Positions 12,213-26,154 of a stretch of 64,000 nucleotides of DNA are shown one piece after another (the stretch's first letter is position 1; every line of letters begins with the position of its first letter). The notes below the pieces were generated by a model. It searched no databases. It was not told the DNA's origin and saw only the letters and a list, made by a program, of their open reading frames with translations. The translations under genes and the position numbers were made by a program. The stretch is from Octopus bimaculoides (Eukaryota): positions 183,006,340 through 183,070,339 of the forward strand of contig NC_068982.1 in NCBI RefSeq assembly GCF_001194135.2, written 5' to 3'.

Positions 12213-15200
12213 NNNNNNNNNNNNNNNNNNNNNNNNNNNNNNNNNNNNNNNNNNNNNNNNNNNNNNNNNNNNNNNNNNNNNNNNNNNNNNNNNNNNNNNN
12301 NNNNNNNNNNNNNNNNNNNNNNNNNNNNNNNNNNNNNNTATCAAAGAGAAAAGAAACCCAAGATTTGAGACGAAAACTGCAAGTTTAGTCTATAATATAA
12401 AAACATTAAGTGGCAAACCTTCATTTAATTTTATCACATCTTCTCAAGTATGACCTGGAAAAACGAATGGAGAGCGAATATACTTTGATAATATATATAT
12501 ACATGGCGGTTGCCCATTACTCGATGTGTAAGTACTTTTACTGTTTTACATGTAAAATCTAAAGTTATTGTTCGATATCAAAGAGAAAAGAAACCCAAGA
12601 TTTGAGACGAAAACTGCAAGTTTAGTCTATAATATAAAAACATTAAGTGGCAAACCTTCATTTAATTTTATCACATCTTCTCAAGTATGACCTGGAAAAA
12701 CGAATGGAGAGCGAATATACTTTGATAATATATATATACAACTATTTGTACTAACACATGCTCGCAAAGAATTTAAACACACATTCGTGGATACATTCCC
12801 ATAAATTAGAAACGAAACACTGTCTCGTTCAATTCACTGAACAGTTAGAAATCAATCAGAAAAAAAAAAGCAATCACCCGTGGATACTCCGCTTATTTAA
12901 GTTCTGTTTTTCTGACTTCATTGACTCAAACAGAAAGTTCTGCTAACTTCATGGTATCATGCCTCCAACTTTATTAGAAGAAACCAGTAATGATCTAAAC
13001 AAAGAAACGGTTAACAAATTACGTAATAAGTAAGCTCGGAAGATTTGGGTTTTGACATTAAGTACAGCTTCTTTCTTCGAAGAAATGGTAAGTATCACTT
13101 TAAATGTGTTAGCGTTTATTTACGCACTTCATTTTACGTTGATAAAAGGACTCGACCCCAAATATCAGAACTCATTTCTTATATATATGACAGACGAAGA
13201 GTTAAATCCCATTAGTTACAAGACTCTAAAAGACATTCCTATTTTGGTGGAGCCCATTACAACCAAAACTTTTTTGAACAAGACGTTTTAGGATTCAGAT
13301 ATAATATAGAGATTATGTCTTTCGATTCAAATATAAGTGGAGTTTGTCTATGAATTAGAATATTGCTTCAGTTTTATGACTATCCAGACAAATATATTTA
13401 CCAGCTCAATAACACCTGCAAAATCATTTATCACAGACGATGACATACACACACATACAAAAAAGAAAGACTCTCACATACACGGATACAAATATACATG
13501 CTCGCACGCATACATTCTCACAAATTATAAAACGACGAAACAATGTCTCGCCACAATTTACTGAACAACCAAAAGTCAATCAGAAACGACCAATCGCCCG
13601 TAGATATTCAGATGATTTAAGTTCTGCTTTCCAAACTTCTCTGACTTAAATTGAAAACTATGCGAACTTTATGGAAACTTATTGCCAACATTATTAACTC
13701 AATTACATCTGAATTCACACATAATTCTTCTCAATAAAGATTATATTTCTTATAATCTAATTTTCTTGTTTGTAATTCCATTCCAAGAGAACGAACTAAA
13801 GATTCATTCATACAGTCAATCTATTTCTTTTTGCTTTCAGGAACGCTTTAATAATCCCTTGTACACAGTCACTCCACCACACACACATATATATCAACAC
13901 AAACACACACACATATATCCACACGTTTATATATATTTACGATGTCGTAATCATTGCAATCCATGATTAAATAACAATGTTAAAAACAGAGTAAATATGG
14001 CTTACAATGTGGTTAAGGTGTTTCCGGTCACATTTTTTCAGGGGAATCTGTTCACCCTACACTGCGTGAAGTTTTATATAAATGCATCCTGAAACAGATG
14101 AGCTTTCAATATACACTCCACTCCCCATCAGGATGAAGGGAGAGATATGATATATAACGTACAAAGTCAGTAGCTCATTGCATTCCTATAAAGAATAGGG
14201 AACATGCCAAAAGAATACCTTTTTAGAGGATAAACGAAAGGCATAAGAAATTATAATGATCAATAGTTAAAAGGAAGTTATTCAACTAACAATACAAGAA
14301 ATAAAGTGCAATTTAGTAAGTTTTAAATCCAGTTAAAATAAATATTTTACTTTATTCTTGTTCCCTGGTATAACTATAGAACTGTCTGTCCTCTGACGTT
14401 TCCAGTAGCATATCGAATTGTGTGTGTAGGGGTGGGGGTGCGTATGTGTGTGTGTGTATGTGTGTGTGTGTGTGTGTGTGCGTGTGTGTGTGTGACCAAA
14501 CTGATCTTCAAAGAACATGAATTGTTGGAGTGTGGATGGCTAGAGCTTCAGTCACTAAAACTGTTGAATTGATCTTTTACGTTATATATAGATATATAAA
14601 TAGATAGATGAGTAAATAGGTATATATATATATATATANNNNNNNNNNNNNNNNNNNNNNNNNNNNNNNNNNNNNNNNNNNNNNNNNNNNNNNNNNNNNN
14701 NNNNNNNNNNNNNNNNNNNNNNNNNNNNNNNNNNNNNNNNNNNNNNNNNNNNNNNNNNNNNNNNNNNNNNNNNNNNNNNNNNNNNNNNNNNNNNNNNNNN
14801 NNNNNNNNNNNNNNNNNNNNNNNNNNNNNNNNNNNNNNNNNNNNNNNNNNNNNNNNNNNNNNNNNNNNNNNNNNNNNNNNNNNNNNNNNNNNNNNNNNNN
14901 NNNNNNNNNNNNNNNNNNNNNNNNNNNNNNNNNNNNNNNNNNNNNNNNNNNNNNNNNNNNNNNNNNNNNNNNNNNNNNNNNNNNNNNNNNNNNNNNNNNN
15001 NNNNNNNNNNNNNNNNNNNNNNNNNNNNNNNNNNNNNNNNNNNNNNNNNNNNNNNNNNNNNNNNNNNNNNNNNNNNNNNNNNNNNNNNNNNNNNNNNNNN
15101 NNNNNNNNNNNNNNNNNNNNNNNNNNNNNNNNNNNNNNNNNNNNNNNNNNNNNNNNNNNNNNNNNNNNNNNNNNNNNNNNNNNNNNNNNNNNNNNNNNNN

Positions 15201-15609
15201 NNNNNNNNNNNNNNNNNNNNNNNNNNNNNNNNNNNNNNNNNNNNNNNNNNNNNNNNNNNNNNNNNNNNNNNNNNNNNNNNNNNNNNNNNNNNNNNNNNNN
15301 NNNNNNNNNNNNNNNNNNNNNNNNNNNNNNNNNNNNNNNNNNNNNNNNNNNNNNNNNNNNNNNNNNNNNNNNNNNNNNNNNNNNNNNNNNNNNNNNNNNN
15401 NNNNNNNNNNNNNNNNNNNNNNNNNNNNNNNNNNNNNNNNNNNNNNNNNNNNNNNNNNNNNNNNNNNNNNNNNNNNNNNNNNNNNNNNNNNNNNNNNNNN
15501 NNNNNNNNNATATATATATATATATATATATATACGAAGAGCTTCTTTCAGAGTCAGTTTCTAACAAGTCCACTCACAATGCTTTTGGTCTACCTGAGGC
15601 TATAAGTGA

Positions 15610-16389
15610 CAACAGAACACCTCCATGCTAACCTTGTGTCAACCAAAACTGTTTGTCGAAAGCTTCTTAAACCTGGATACCATGGAAAGGCTACAACTGC
15701 TAAACTTTTTGTTCCCCTATCAACATTTATGAGCGGATAAAATGATGTCTATATTATTAGAAGTGGTCAATTGCTCAATGAAGCTTTTCTTCTTACTTCG
15801 GAGCAAGTTGATGTTTGAAGACAGCCCAAAAATCCTTCAGCCCTGAGTGTCTGTCCTTACTGTTAAGCATGGAGGTGGCCCTGTGATTACTTGGGCAGCC
15901 ATATCACAGAATTCTCTGCGCCCTTTGGTTGTTCTACATAACAGAGTTAACGTCACGGATTATCGGAGTATTTTGGCTGATTATGTTCGTCCGATAGTAC
16001 AAACATTGTTCCCTGACGATAACAATCCTCCAGGGTGTTGAGGCACCGATTTCGCATGGCTAATGTTATTCAAAATTGGTATGAAGAGCACAAAATGTTC
16101 CATGTGGATTAGACCCCAAAATCAATGGATCTTAATATAATTGAACATTTATAGTGCATTTTCGATCAGTTAGTCAGGTTCCACTTCCCTCGGCCATCGA
16201 AAACGATAAAGCCAAAGCAAATTTTACTAGAATAATTGGCACAGAATTCCCCTAACAACCGTTCAGAACCTGTACAAGTCAATTCCTAGGTATATTAAAG
16301 CTGAGATTAATGCCAAAGTTGGACCAACTACGTAATGAATATTAAAATTTCCATTTAACATGTTTTCATTATTCTATCCAGCTTCTGTA
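15610..16389 (+). mobile_element. Tc1-family transposase pseudogene fragment
   Basis: VSTKTVCRKL..G, SFSPECL, TVKHGGGPVITWAAIS, L.DYVRP, D.NIIEHL and NLY.SIPR.I.A.INAK motifs across frameshifts. Confidence 0.85.
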
Positions 16390-17601
16390 TGTATGTATGT
16401 GTGTATGCATGTGTGTATGTATGTATGTATGTATGTATGTATGTATGTATGCATCATATCAATGACCATTCTTGTTCAATTCATATTGCTCTATATTGCG
16501 TGGCAACCCGTGTAACTGTCTTTAGTGCAACATCGACTGTCAAGCATTTAGATGTGCCGCAAGGTAGCTTATGATAGATATTTCATAATTTTTGTGATAT
16601 ATANNNNNNNNNNNNNNNNNNNNNNNNNNNNNNNNNNNNNNNNNNNNNNNNNNNNNNNNNNNNNNNNNNNNNNNNNNNNNNNNNNNNNNNNNNNNNATAT
16701 ATATATATATATATATAAGTTCCTTCTTTTTGTTTGCTTAATTCACATGAAGTTATAGCACCGATTACTTTACGAGCTGTTGTGCACCATCAGTGGTTAA
16801 ATACTTCACGTAGATGAAGCCACATTGTGCTGTCTAGGTTCATGTACATCTATCTGATACACGCACACACACGCACCTACGCACGCATACGGTGAAGGAA
16901 CATGTATTGTAACATCTACATACGTATGTATATACAAGTGTGTCTTTATGTGTGTGTATGAACCGAGTTAGTGCAATGTACAGGAGTTGGGGAAGAAAAC
17001 AAAGGATAGAAAGTTGACGACAAGAAGCTATTTATTCAAACATATTCATTTCGATACAAGCAACTATATTAGCTTCTGAATAGTTTAAATTTTTATTGTA
17101 AAGGTCATGGGTTAAATTCAATATCGGCATTGTTCTGTAGAGAATAAGACATTTCGCCAATTTGATAGACTCTGTGTTGATTGGTAAAAGATAGACTTTT
17201 GTGAGTGTTTTATCACGGACAGCATAATGAAGATGCTTTCAGTGCCTTCAAGCAGGACTTCAGCTAGTGACAATGTTTATTTTATCAAATAAACACGACA
17301 AATATAAAGTGTTTTATGCTAGATATATGTTAGTGATGAGTGAAATGTAGTGAAAGAGATATAAGATGAAGGTTTAGTGTGTGAGTTTCTGCGTCCACGT
17401 GTGTATGGAGAGCGAGAGAGAGAGAGAAAGAGGGAGAACGGGAGAGAGAGAGATCTAAGAGTGGTAAGGTGAAGATAGTCGCATACTATTAAGATTGCAA
17501 ACATACATAGATGGATATACGATAGGGAGGTGGAGGGATAGAGAATGAGCTTTGTGTAAGATGGAGCGAAGACAGATACATATATGAAAAGTTGCAGCTA
17601 G

Positions 17602-17701
<100 letters not shown>

Positions 17702-17703
17702 GT

Positions 17704-17743
<40 letters not shown>

Positions 17744-18327
17744 TTATATATGCGTGTATGTGATTGTGCTTTGGTTTACGTAAGAAAAACTTGAGTCTAT
17801 TGAGACACGTATAAACTGCCAAACGGAGAGACAGCAGGTTCGAAATATAGATATTTTTAGCTTATGGTGGTTAATATACTTAAGGTAGTGATGGAAAATG
17901 AATTAAACATTTGATGTTACATCTATTAGAGACATTAGGATTAATGACAAAATTCATTAAAAATGAAATCGTAATATGCAACTGGAAGTGAATGAGGCTG
18001 ACCTTTGATCGGTTTTGTGTCATTTGTGAACATTTTTCAACTTAATTAAACCTTTTCCAGAAAGTATAATCTAACACAGATCTACAAAATGACTTAGAAC
18101 GGCTTAGAGTAGATACAATTTTTATACCATACATACATGCATGTTCACCCGCTTTGGTCTCCACTTGGCACCAACTCTCATAATTCACCATTGTTATTTT
18201 AATTACAATGCTTAGTTTCTTTATTACTAACCAGATACTTCATTAATGAAAGAATTCAACTAATATATAGAACGATAATATATATTTTTTTCTACATTGA
18301 TGACGGAGGCTCCATTTATCTAATGTT

Positions 18328-18363
<36 letters not shown>

Positions 18364-18402
18364 CGCGTGTGTGTGTGTTCGCCCGCGCATGCGTACGCGC
18401 GC

Positions 18403-18464
<62 letters not shown>

Positions 18465-19399
18465 AATATTAGAAAAAATAGGTCACAAGAATGGAAACGC
18501 CAGTTCTTTGACCATTTAAATCAATTTATATTTGTTTCTTTACCAGAAGAAACTGGCTTTATCTCTTAAGCTAGCTTACAATTTGTTATTCCTTCGAGTC
18601 TCCCATATTTATAACATTTATATATATGAATTCATAGAAAACCTTATAGTCTTGTAATTTAACTATTTGTGCTTTAAACAGACACATTAAATAAAAGAAG
18701 CATTCAATCACAAACATTATCATCAAACATGTTTACCTTAATAGTCTACTAAATATTATTAATGGAGTGCCATGAAAAACACACCTGTACCTAATCAATG
18801 TTTTTTATTTTCTTTTTATTTATTTATTTTAGCAACAATTTATTTGTGAAAACATAAATTTGTTGTCACTTGTTTCCATAGGTTTGTCATCTGCTGCTTT
18901 CAATTTTTTTTTTTTTTGAAAACAAAAATGATTAAACACTTTGTAAAACAATTCTGAGAATATTCTGAAGAATACAGACTTTACCAAAATGAGAACATTT
19001 GTGCTATAAAATATGCTGTTTGCTTGATCTAAAACCTTCTTTTTAAACTTGTTTCTGAAAAGCTGTTATTNNNNNNNNNNNNNNNNNNNNNNNNNNNNNN
19101 NNNNNNNNNNNNNNNNNNNNNNNNNNNNNNNNNNNNNNNNNNNNNNNNNNNNNNNNNNNNNNNNNNNNNNNNNNNNNNNNNNNNNNNNNNNNNNNNNNNN
19201 NNNNNNNNNNNNNNNNNNNNNNNNNNNNNNNNNNNNNNNNNNNNNNNNNNNNNNNNNNNNNNNNNNNNNNNNNNNNNNNNNNNNNNNNNNNNNNNNNNNN
19301 NNNNNNNNNNNNNNNNACATATATATATCGATTTTTTTCAGACAGTATTCATGAAACCGCTATTAGTGGACAATTGTTGTTAGTATGACATTTCTGTAC

Positions 19400-19562
19400 A
19401 CCTTTCATTAATGGGGTAAGGGTAGTGGTAGAGCGGTAACAGGGATGTAATGGTAGAGGATATAGCAAAAGAGGTGGTGGACACGCGGTGGTGATAGTTG
19501 TTGTACGTGTGCGTGATATGATGTTGGTTGTGGTTTCTGTATTGCTATTGTTGCTGTTGTTG

Positions 19563-19623
<61 letters not shown>

Positions 19624-20110
19624 CGGTGGTGTAGTAATGAATATAGTGGTGCAGTTTATGGTTTTGGTGAACGCATTGCAGTTGGTATCGAGACAGTGAT
19701 TTTGGTGGAAGAGGTTGATTGAATGGCAGCGTTGATGCTGATGGTGATTGGATGGGGTGCTGCTGATAGTGGTGGTGTTATGGGAGTTATAGAGGTAATG
19801 AGTGATGATGATGGTGATGGTAGTACGAGAGGAAGTAGTGTGGGTAGAAGAGATGGTGATGATGGCGGTAGGGCTTTGAGTATAGTAGTGGTAGCTGCAG
19901 TAAGTGGTTCTGATGGCTGTGTAGGTGGTGGTAGAAGTAGTAGTTGTGATGCTCATGGTGGAAGTAGTGGTGGTGCTAGTGGTGCTAGTGCTGCTGTTGC
20001 TGTTGCTTATCGATGCCATCGACATATTGATTTTGTTGTTGTTGTTACTGCTGCTGTTGTTATTTTTGTCGTCGTCGTCGTCGTCGTTTTTATTGTTGTT
20101 GTTATTCATA
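19400..20110. repeat. Low-complexity trinucleotide tract (TAG/GGT/GAT/GTT/GTC)
   Basis: Contains a pure (TAG)n run at about 19564-19623 within degenerate triplet repeats. Confidence 0.8.
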
Positions 20111-20451
20111 TCCCAACAGAATTGCAAAGCTACAATACGAATTGAAATGACAGAATTTTTGCAACTCTTAATTGACTTGGGACTCGAAATTTCTGGTGAA
20201 AACTTGTCTCTGGGGACTGTGCCGCGAGTGCAAGTTTAGTAGAACAATCTGGATTCCATTCTAAATAGATTTCCATGTCAAAAACGCTGTTCCGATAGAA
20301 CCTAGTCACCATCATGATCGTCGCCATCTTGGTTATTGTCATCGTCGTTATAATGAGATAGATGATATTTATTTATATATTCTATAAAACAGTAATTGCT
20401 AAGTCGGTGCAGTCGAAGTATGTGATACTTACGTCGATCAACCACTTATAT

Positions 20452-20667
20452 GCCTTTCTTTTAAAGACACAAGGCCCGAGATTTGCGGGGAGAGGACTAG
20501 TCGATTACATCGACCTCGGTGTTTCTCTGGTACCTAATTTATCAGCCCCGAAAGAATGAAAGGCAAAGTCGACCTCGGCGGATTTTGAACTCAGAACTTA
20601 GCGACGGGCGAAATGCCGCTAAACATTTCGTCCAGCGTGCTAACGGTCCTGCCAGTTCGCTGCCTTA
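20452..20667 (-). mobile_element. SINE family A, full length with 15-bp TSD
   Basis: atcaaccacttatat flanks both sides (20437-20451 and 20668-20682). Confidence 0.92.
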
Positions 20668-20888
20668 ATCAACCACTTATATTGCTATATTTTGCTATCT
20701 AGGAATACCCAGTTATACTCCTTTATGGGAGTTTCTGTCAGTTTTTACATTTCATCCTGTTGGTTACAACTATATATTGTTTGATGCTGTTGTTGATATA
20801 TTAAATCCCGATTTGTTATATGTTAGAGAAGCGTTTAGTGAAGATCTAGCCATCTCATCTTGAAGAATAAATACAAATTTGTGTTTGA

Positions 20889-20965
<77 letters not shown>

Positions 20966-20974
20966 TAATAATAA

Positions 20975-21139
20975 TCTATTATTTACATTATTTACAATTG
21001 ACGGATATTTGTCCTCATCTTGTTTGTTGTTAACACAACGTTTCGACTGATATACCACCTTCATCAGGTGTGTTGGGGAAATTTCGAACTTGGGTTCTCA
21101 TTCCTAAGGTATCTTTCGATGTTGTTGTTGTTGTTGTTA
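20975..21139 (-). mobile_element. SINE family E, 3' module (Penelope-like tail)
   Basis: Reverse complement of the 44120-44268 module (ttaggaatgagaaccc...tgatgaagg...cgaaacgttgtgttaacaac). Confidence 0.8.
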
Positions 21140-21248
21140 NNNNNNNNNNNNNNNNNNNNNNNNNNNNNNNNNNNNNNNNNNNNNNNNNNNNNNNNNNNNN
21201 NNNNNNNNNNNNNNNNNNNNNNNNNNNNNNNNTTATTATTATTATTAT

Positions 21249-21540
21249 TCAGTAGTTTTATTTTTATAACGTGCTTTCACTTCACTACCGAGCGCAGCTC
21301 TGTGCGCCTTGGGTATGTGCTGTGGTTTGCTGTGGTGCTCTTATGTTTACTGTATTGAAAGTGTTTTGCGTAGAATGTGTGCAGTACCCAGTAGTGCAAT
21401 TTTCTGTATGTTATATATATTTGTAAGTCCTGGTGTTTTTGTTATGTATTTGTCTGAATATTTTTTTATTATACCTAAGGCACCTACTATGATAGGAATT
21501 GTTTCTGTTTCTGTTTTTAGATTCCACATTCGACATTCGA
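21249..21540 (-). mobile_element. R4/Dong-like (REL endonuclease) non-LTR retrotransposon, 5'-truncated 3' end
   Basis: Encodes MWNLKTETETIPIIVGALGIIKK...IQKIALLGTAHILRKTLSIQ*. It is nearly identical to 40745-41012 and is bounded by (AAT)n on both sides. Confidence 0.82.
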
Positions 21541-21597
<57 letters not shown>

Positions 21598-21673
21598 TCA
21601 AACACAGGTGTGTTGGGGAAATTTCGAACTTGGGTTCTCATTCCTAAGTTATTTTTCGATGTTGTTGTTGTTG

Positions 21674-21707
<34 letters not shown>

Positions 21708-21782
21708 CATTATTATTATTATATTTATTATTCAGGTCACTGCCTGGAATCGAACTCGGAATCTTGGGGTTAGTAGCCAAGA
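21598..21782 (-). mobile_element. SINE family E, partial head plus truncated tail
   Basis: ccaagattccgagttcgattccaggcagtgacc head, (AAT)n linker and the start of the tail, as at 44009-44180. Confidence 0.8.
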
Positions 21783-23084
21783 TATTCAGCAAAAATGTGT
21801 TCTTGATACCAAAATACTACAATGCATATCATAAATCGACTTAGCGAGAAAAGTGAAACTCAAACTACAGTGGGGTAAGTTAAATAATTATAAATCTCAA
21901 CAATATCACCATTAGAATGAACAAAATTACTTGGGTTATCTATTGTAGATTGCTACTAGAAAATGTGGAGCCATACAAGAAAAATACGTGACTGAGAATT
22001 TATATTGATTATCTGACAGAATAATGTAGTCTGACAGATGACGAAATGGAAGGTGTAGATTAATGAAAGGCATGGTAAAAATTAAATGAAGGTCTTTTAA
22101 AAACCCATTAAAAAGTTACTGTTAGCGAGGATGCTGATTCTGACACTGTTTTTCATTGTGCTAGATCCCCGAAAAGCCTACAGACTCTCTATCGAAAAAT
22201 ATTAGTGGACGATTATATTGTTGATAATAGTAGGTTCACGTTTAAATCACAAAATGTTCTGCAAAAGTTTACAGATACTCTCAGCTATAAACCACCCATG
22301 GTTGATCTCAAATACAGCATAAAACAAACATATTAGCAGTCAAGTCAGTAGAAGGAAATATACGCAGTCATAACGCCTCGATTGAAATCGTTTTTCGATA
22401 AAACGCCATATTTTTGTCAATGAATTCTCAGCTAGCTTCATTATTTTCAGATAGTCAAATATGAGCTCATTTGAATAAAAGATGAGCTTGGTGGTTTAGG
22501 TGTGTAGCATAACAAGAATGTTTGTATCACATGTATTAGAGGAGAAAAGCGAATGGTTGTTAACGAGACCATAGCAGACCTATGCAGGTGTGATTGAGAG
22601 GAATTTTGTATTCAGAAGCATAGACAGACTGGAATGTAGCGAGGAATATGTTACAGAATAAAGATCAATAGAGAAGTTGTCTGCTTCAATATACTGCACA
22701 CACTTAAATACACATTATTAATATTCTTGAAAATGTGTAGAAGATCGCGTGTTTGATGGCCTAATATATAGTTGAATCAGTTAGCACCTCACTGCTAAAA
22801 GTGAGCGGTCGGTGAGCCGAATTCGTGCCTTGACTATGTTTCCCAAATACTACTGTTTCTCTTCACTTACGTCACTAAAACACCTGCGAATGTTAAATGC
22901 AGAACATCACCCATTACCTACTTCGGTAAAATCAATAGAAGTTAATCAAATATCGATAAATACCTCTAATTATAAAATGTCAATCTGTTCAATCTCTTTA
23001 TCGCAGTTGCGTGAGACATATACAATATTAATTAATTGAAATTTTTGGTTCTATGCTTATATAAGAAAACGCATAAAAACTTAA

Positions 23085-23132
23085 TCTTTTTTTCTTTTTC
23101 AAAGCCTTTCTCTCCCTTTCTCTCTCTCTCTT

Positions 23133-23167
<35 letters not shown>

Positions 23168-23355
23168 CTATCTCTTTCTCTCTCTCTCACTCTCCCTTTC
23201 TCTCCTTCTCTTTCTTTCTTTCTCTATCCCTCTCTCTTTCTCTCTTTCTTTCTCTCTCTCCATATCTCTCTCCCTCTTACTTTCTTTCTCTCTCTTTCCC
23301 TCTCTCTCTCTTTCATTCTCTCTCTTCCTTTCCCTCTTACTATCTTTCTCTCTTC

Positions 23356-23396
<41 letters not shown>

Positions 23397-23465
23397 ACAC
23401 ACACACACTTTCTCTTTCTTCTTCTACCTCTCTTTCACTTCCTTTTTCTCTTTCTTGCTTTTTCT
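23085..23465. repeat. Polypyrimidine (CT/CTTT/CTAT) low-complexity tract
   Basis: Direct reading. It generates the spurious SLSLSL and ERERER ORFs. Confidence 0.9.
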
Positions 23466-24055
23466 CTGAAAGTTTTGAAGCATAAAATTTCAAATGACAC
23501 ATTCTACTCGAGTAACCATCTTACGTACAGAATGCTGTTGAAGGTAAAGAAGTGATGGCGGTATGTGCTATAGTATGAAGGCAAGTAGTGTACTAATTGA
23601 GGAAGTGCTGGATGCTGTGAGCCTAAAGTCGATGTGACGGTAAAGAGAGTCGAAGAGGCAATAGCGATAACCATGATGATGATGATGAAGGCCATAGACG
23701 ATTGTACTAATGTAGAAGCTGATGGTATTGATGGTTCCAGATGCCGCTGTTCCAATTGTTAAAACAGGCCACCTGAATCGCACACACAAAAAACAATATT
23801 CTGCAATTGTCAAAAAAATACATATTTTTCATAAGTGAAGGAAACTGCACGACACTTGATAGTTAAATTCGATGTTTAGCTCAAATTTTAGCTTGTTTTA
23901 CTTGTCGAGTTTCTCGGTACAATTTGTGTTACATCGTGCACGCACGAACATGTCTCAATAAATACGTGATGTGTATGGTGGAGGAGTATACGTTGCTTAT
24001 GTGGAATAATTCATATGCTGCTGGTTTTTATGAATGTACGTGAAGATTGTGAGTG

Positions 24056-24090
<35 letters not shown>

Positions 24091-24343
24091 GTTGTATTTC
24101 GATGAGGATATGTGCTTCACTCTGTATATGCGGTGAGAAGATGCGCGCGTGTGTGTGTGTGTGTGTGTGTGTGTTGCTTGTGTCTGTGCGTGCAATTACA
24201 AATGCACAATCATGCGATATAATCGAACACTACATAAGCATCAAAGCTTGAAATAAAGAAATTAGTACATTTGTATCAGCTGTAGCACGTACACTTCCGC
24301 ATACACATACGCGCTATCATATGTACATACAAGCACGTATCTG

Positions 24344-24380
<37 letters not shown>

Positions 24381-24474
24381 TGCTTATTTATGTGTATGAT
24401 ACATCAAGCTGTTACACATATATATATATATATACATACGCACGCACACACATATATTTATATGTCTATATTTA

Positions 24475-24568
<94 letters not shown>

Positions 24569-24675
24569 TACACACACACACATATATATACATACACATA
24601 CATATACGCATACACATGCATGTTTATATCTATGTATAAATATTCGTTTTACATGAGGAAAAGTACGCGTTTTTG

Positions 24676-24725
<50 letters not shown>

Positions 24726-25451
24726 CACACACACACACATATATATATACTTACACACGCGGATTTTCTTTATATATGTTTACGTGTTTGCGAGTGTTAG
24801 TATGTACGTACATATGTTGTATGTCTATATTTGTGTGTGTGTGTGTGTGTGTGTATGCATTTTTGTAGGTACGGGTATGCTGTTATATTCTGTTTTCTTC
24901 GTACACACGTGTGTCGTGTAGTCGTGCTACGATGTGGAGAAGGGTGGATGTTAAAAGAAATCTTTTGCACCGGAAAACCTTCTACATAAAGGAATAGACA
25001 TACCATGATCTGATTAGAGTTAACACTCAACTTGTTAATATACCTGCAGTCATCCATCTAAATGACAACGAGTACGCGCTCCCATACACAAACACACGCG
25101 CGTATCTGTATCTGTGTGTGTTTGTGAGTGTGTGTATGTGTGTGTATGTATGTGTGTGCGCGCGCGTGTACATGGACTTATGTGCCTGACAAATTGGCAC
25201 TCAACTGAATTATACGCATGCGCACACATACTGTAATTTTTCGTCAAATACAAATACACACCCATACATGAATATTTTAGAATGTACATATATATATATA
25301 TATATCTATATATATATATATATGTATGTATGTATGTATATATACATATATGTATTTATATGTATTTATATATATATATATATACATACATACAAACATA
25401 TGCATGCATACATACATATATACATATATATATATACAAGCATATAGGCAC

Positions 25452-25504
<53 letters not shown>

Positions 25505-25838
25505 TAAATAAAATTATATATAGTTTGATATACGATTCTGCACACATGCTGCACCTAATTTTGCCAATACTTAAACGCACGCGGACACTAACACACACAT
25601 ACTCGCACACAAGTACTCACATATACACAGACAGACCTATACGCACACACATACACACCCAGGCACACAGAAGATATATAATAGGATGTTTACACACTAA
25701 CATATGAACAATTGCATCATAATAACGATGCACAACTTGTTCTTCATGTTTCCAATTCTTATAAATATATTTTTGACACTTGTTTCTTCAAATAACAAAC
25801 ATATTCACACATCTGTGCACAAGCACAAAAGACTTAAG

Positions 25839-25896
<58 letters not shown>

Positions 25897-26154
25897 GAAG
25901 CGTAGGAAGACACTCACACTCACACATATACATATATACATTTATGTGTACATACATACATTGATGCATATATACGTAACATTTATACATACATTATTGA
26001 GGTATACATACATACATTAATAGATACATACATTAATACATACATACATACATACATACATATCAAGGTAATCTACCCGCTGCTGGGTACCTATACCCGA
26101 ATACTTGCACCGAAAGAAAACATTCTATCATGACTCTTCTTTAACGATTTATCT

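Noticed and set aside
12339-12740. Identical 164-bp direct duplication (12339-12502 and 12576-12740)
   Set aside because: It is 100% identical and starts at a gap edge, so a contig-end assembly artefact is the most likely cause. Long reads would decide.
14548-15573. Long ORFs of X residues here and at 26105, 27884, 37826, 47986, 55362, 57335 and 61785
   Set aside because: They are produced by N-runs, not by sequence.
17131-17295. Possible small exons (NKTFRQFDRLCVDW; HNEDAFSAFKQDFS*) followed by AATAAA
   Set aside because: The implied introns would be under 40 nt, the phases do not join, and there is no homology.
19408-20242. 239-aa Asn/Asp/Thr-rich minus-strand ORF
   Set aside because: It is built from triplet repeats, overlapping frames are also open, and it has no domain or compatible splice partner.
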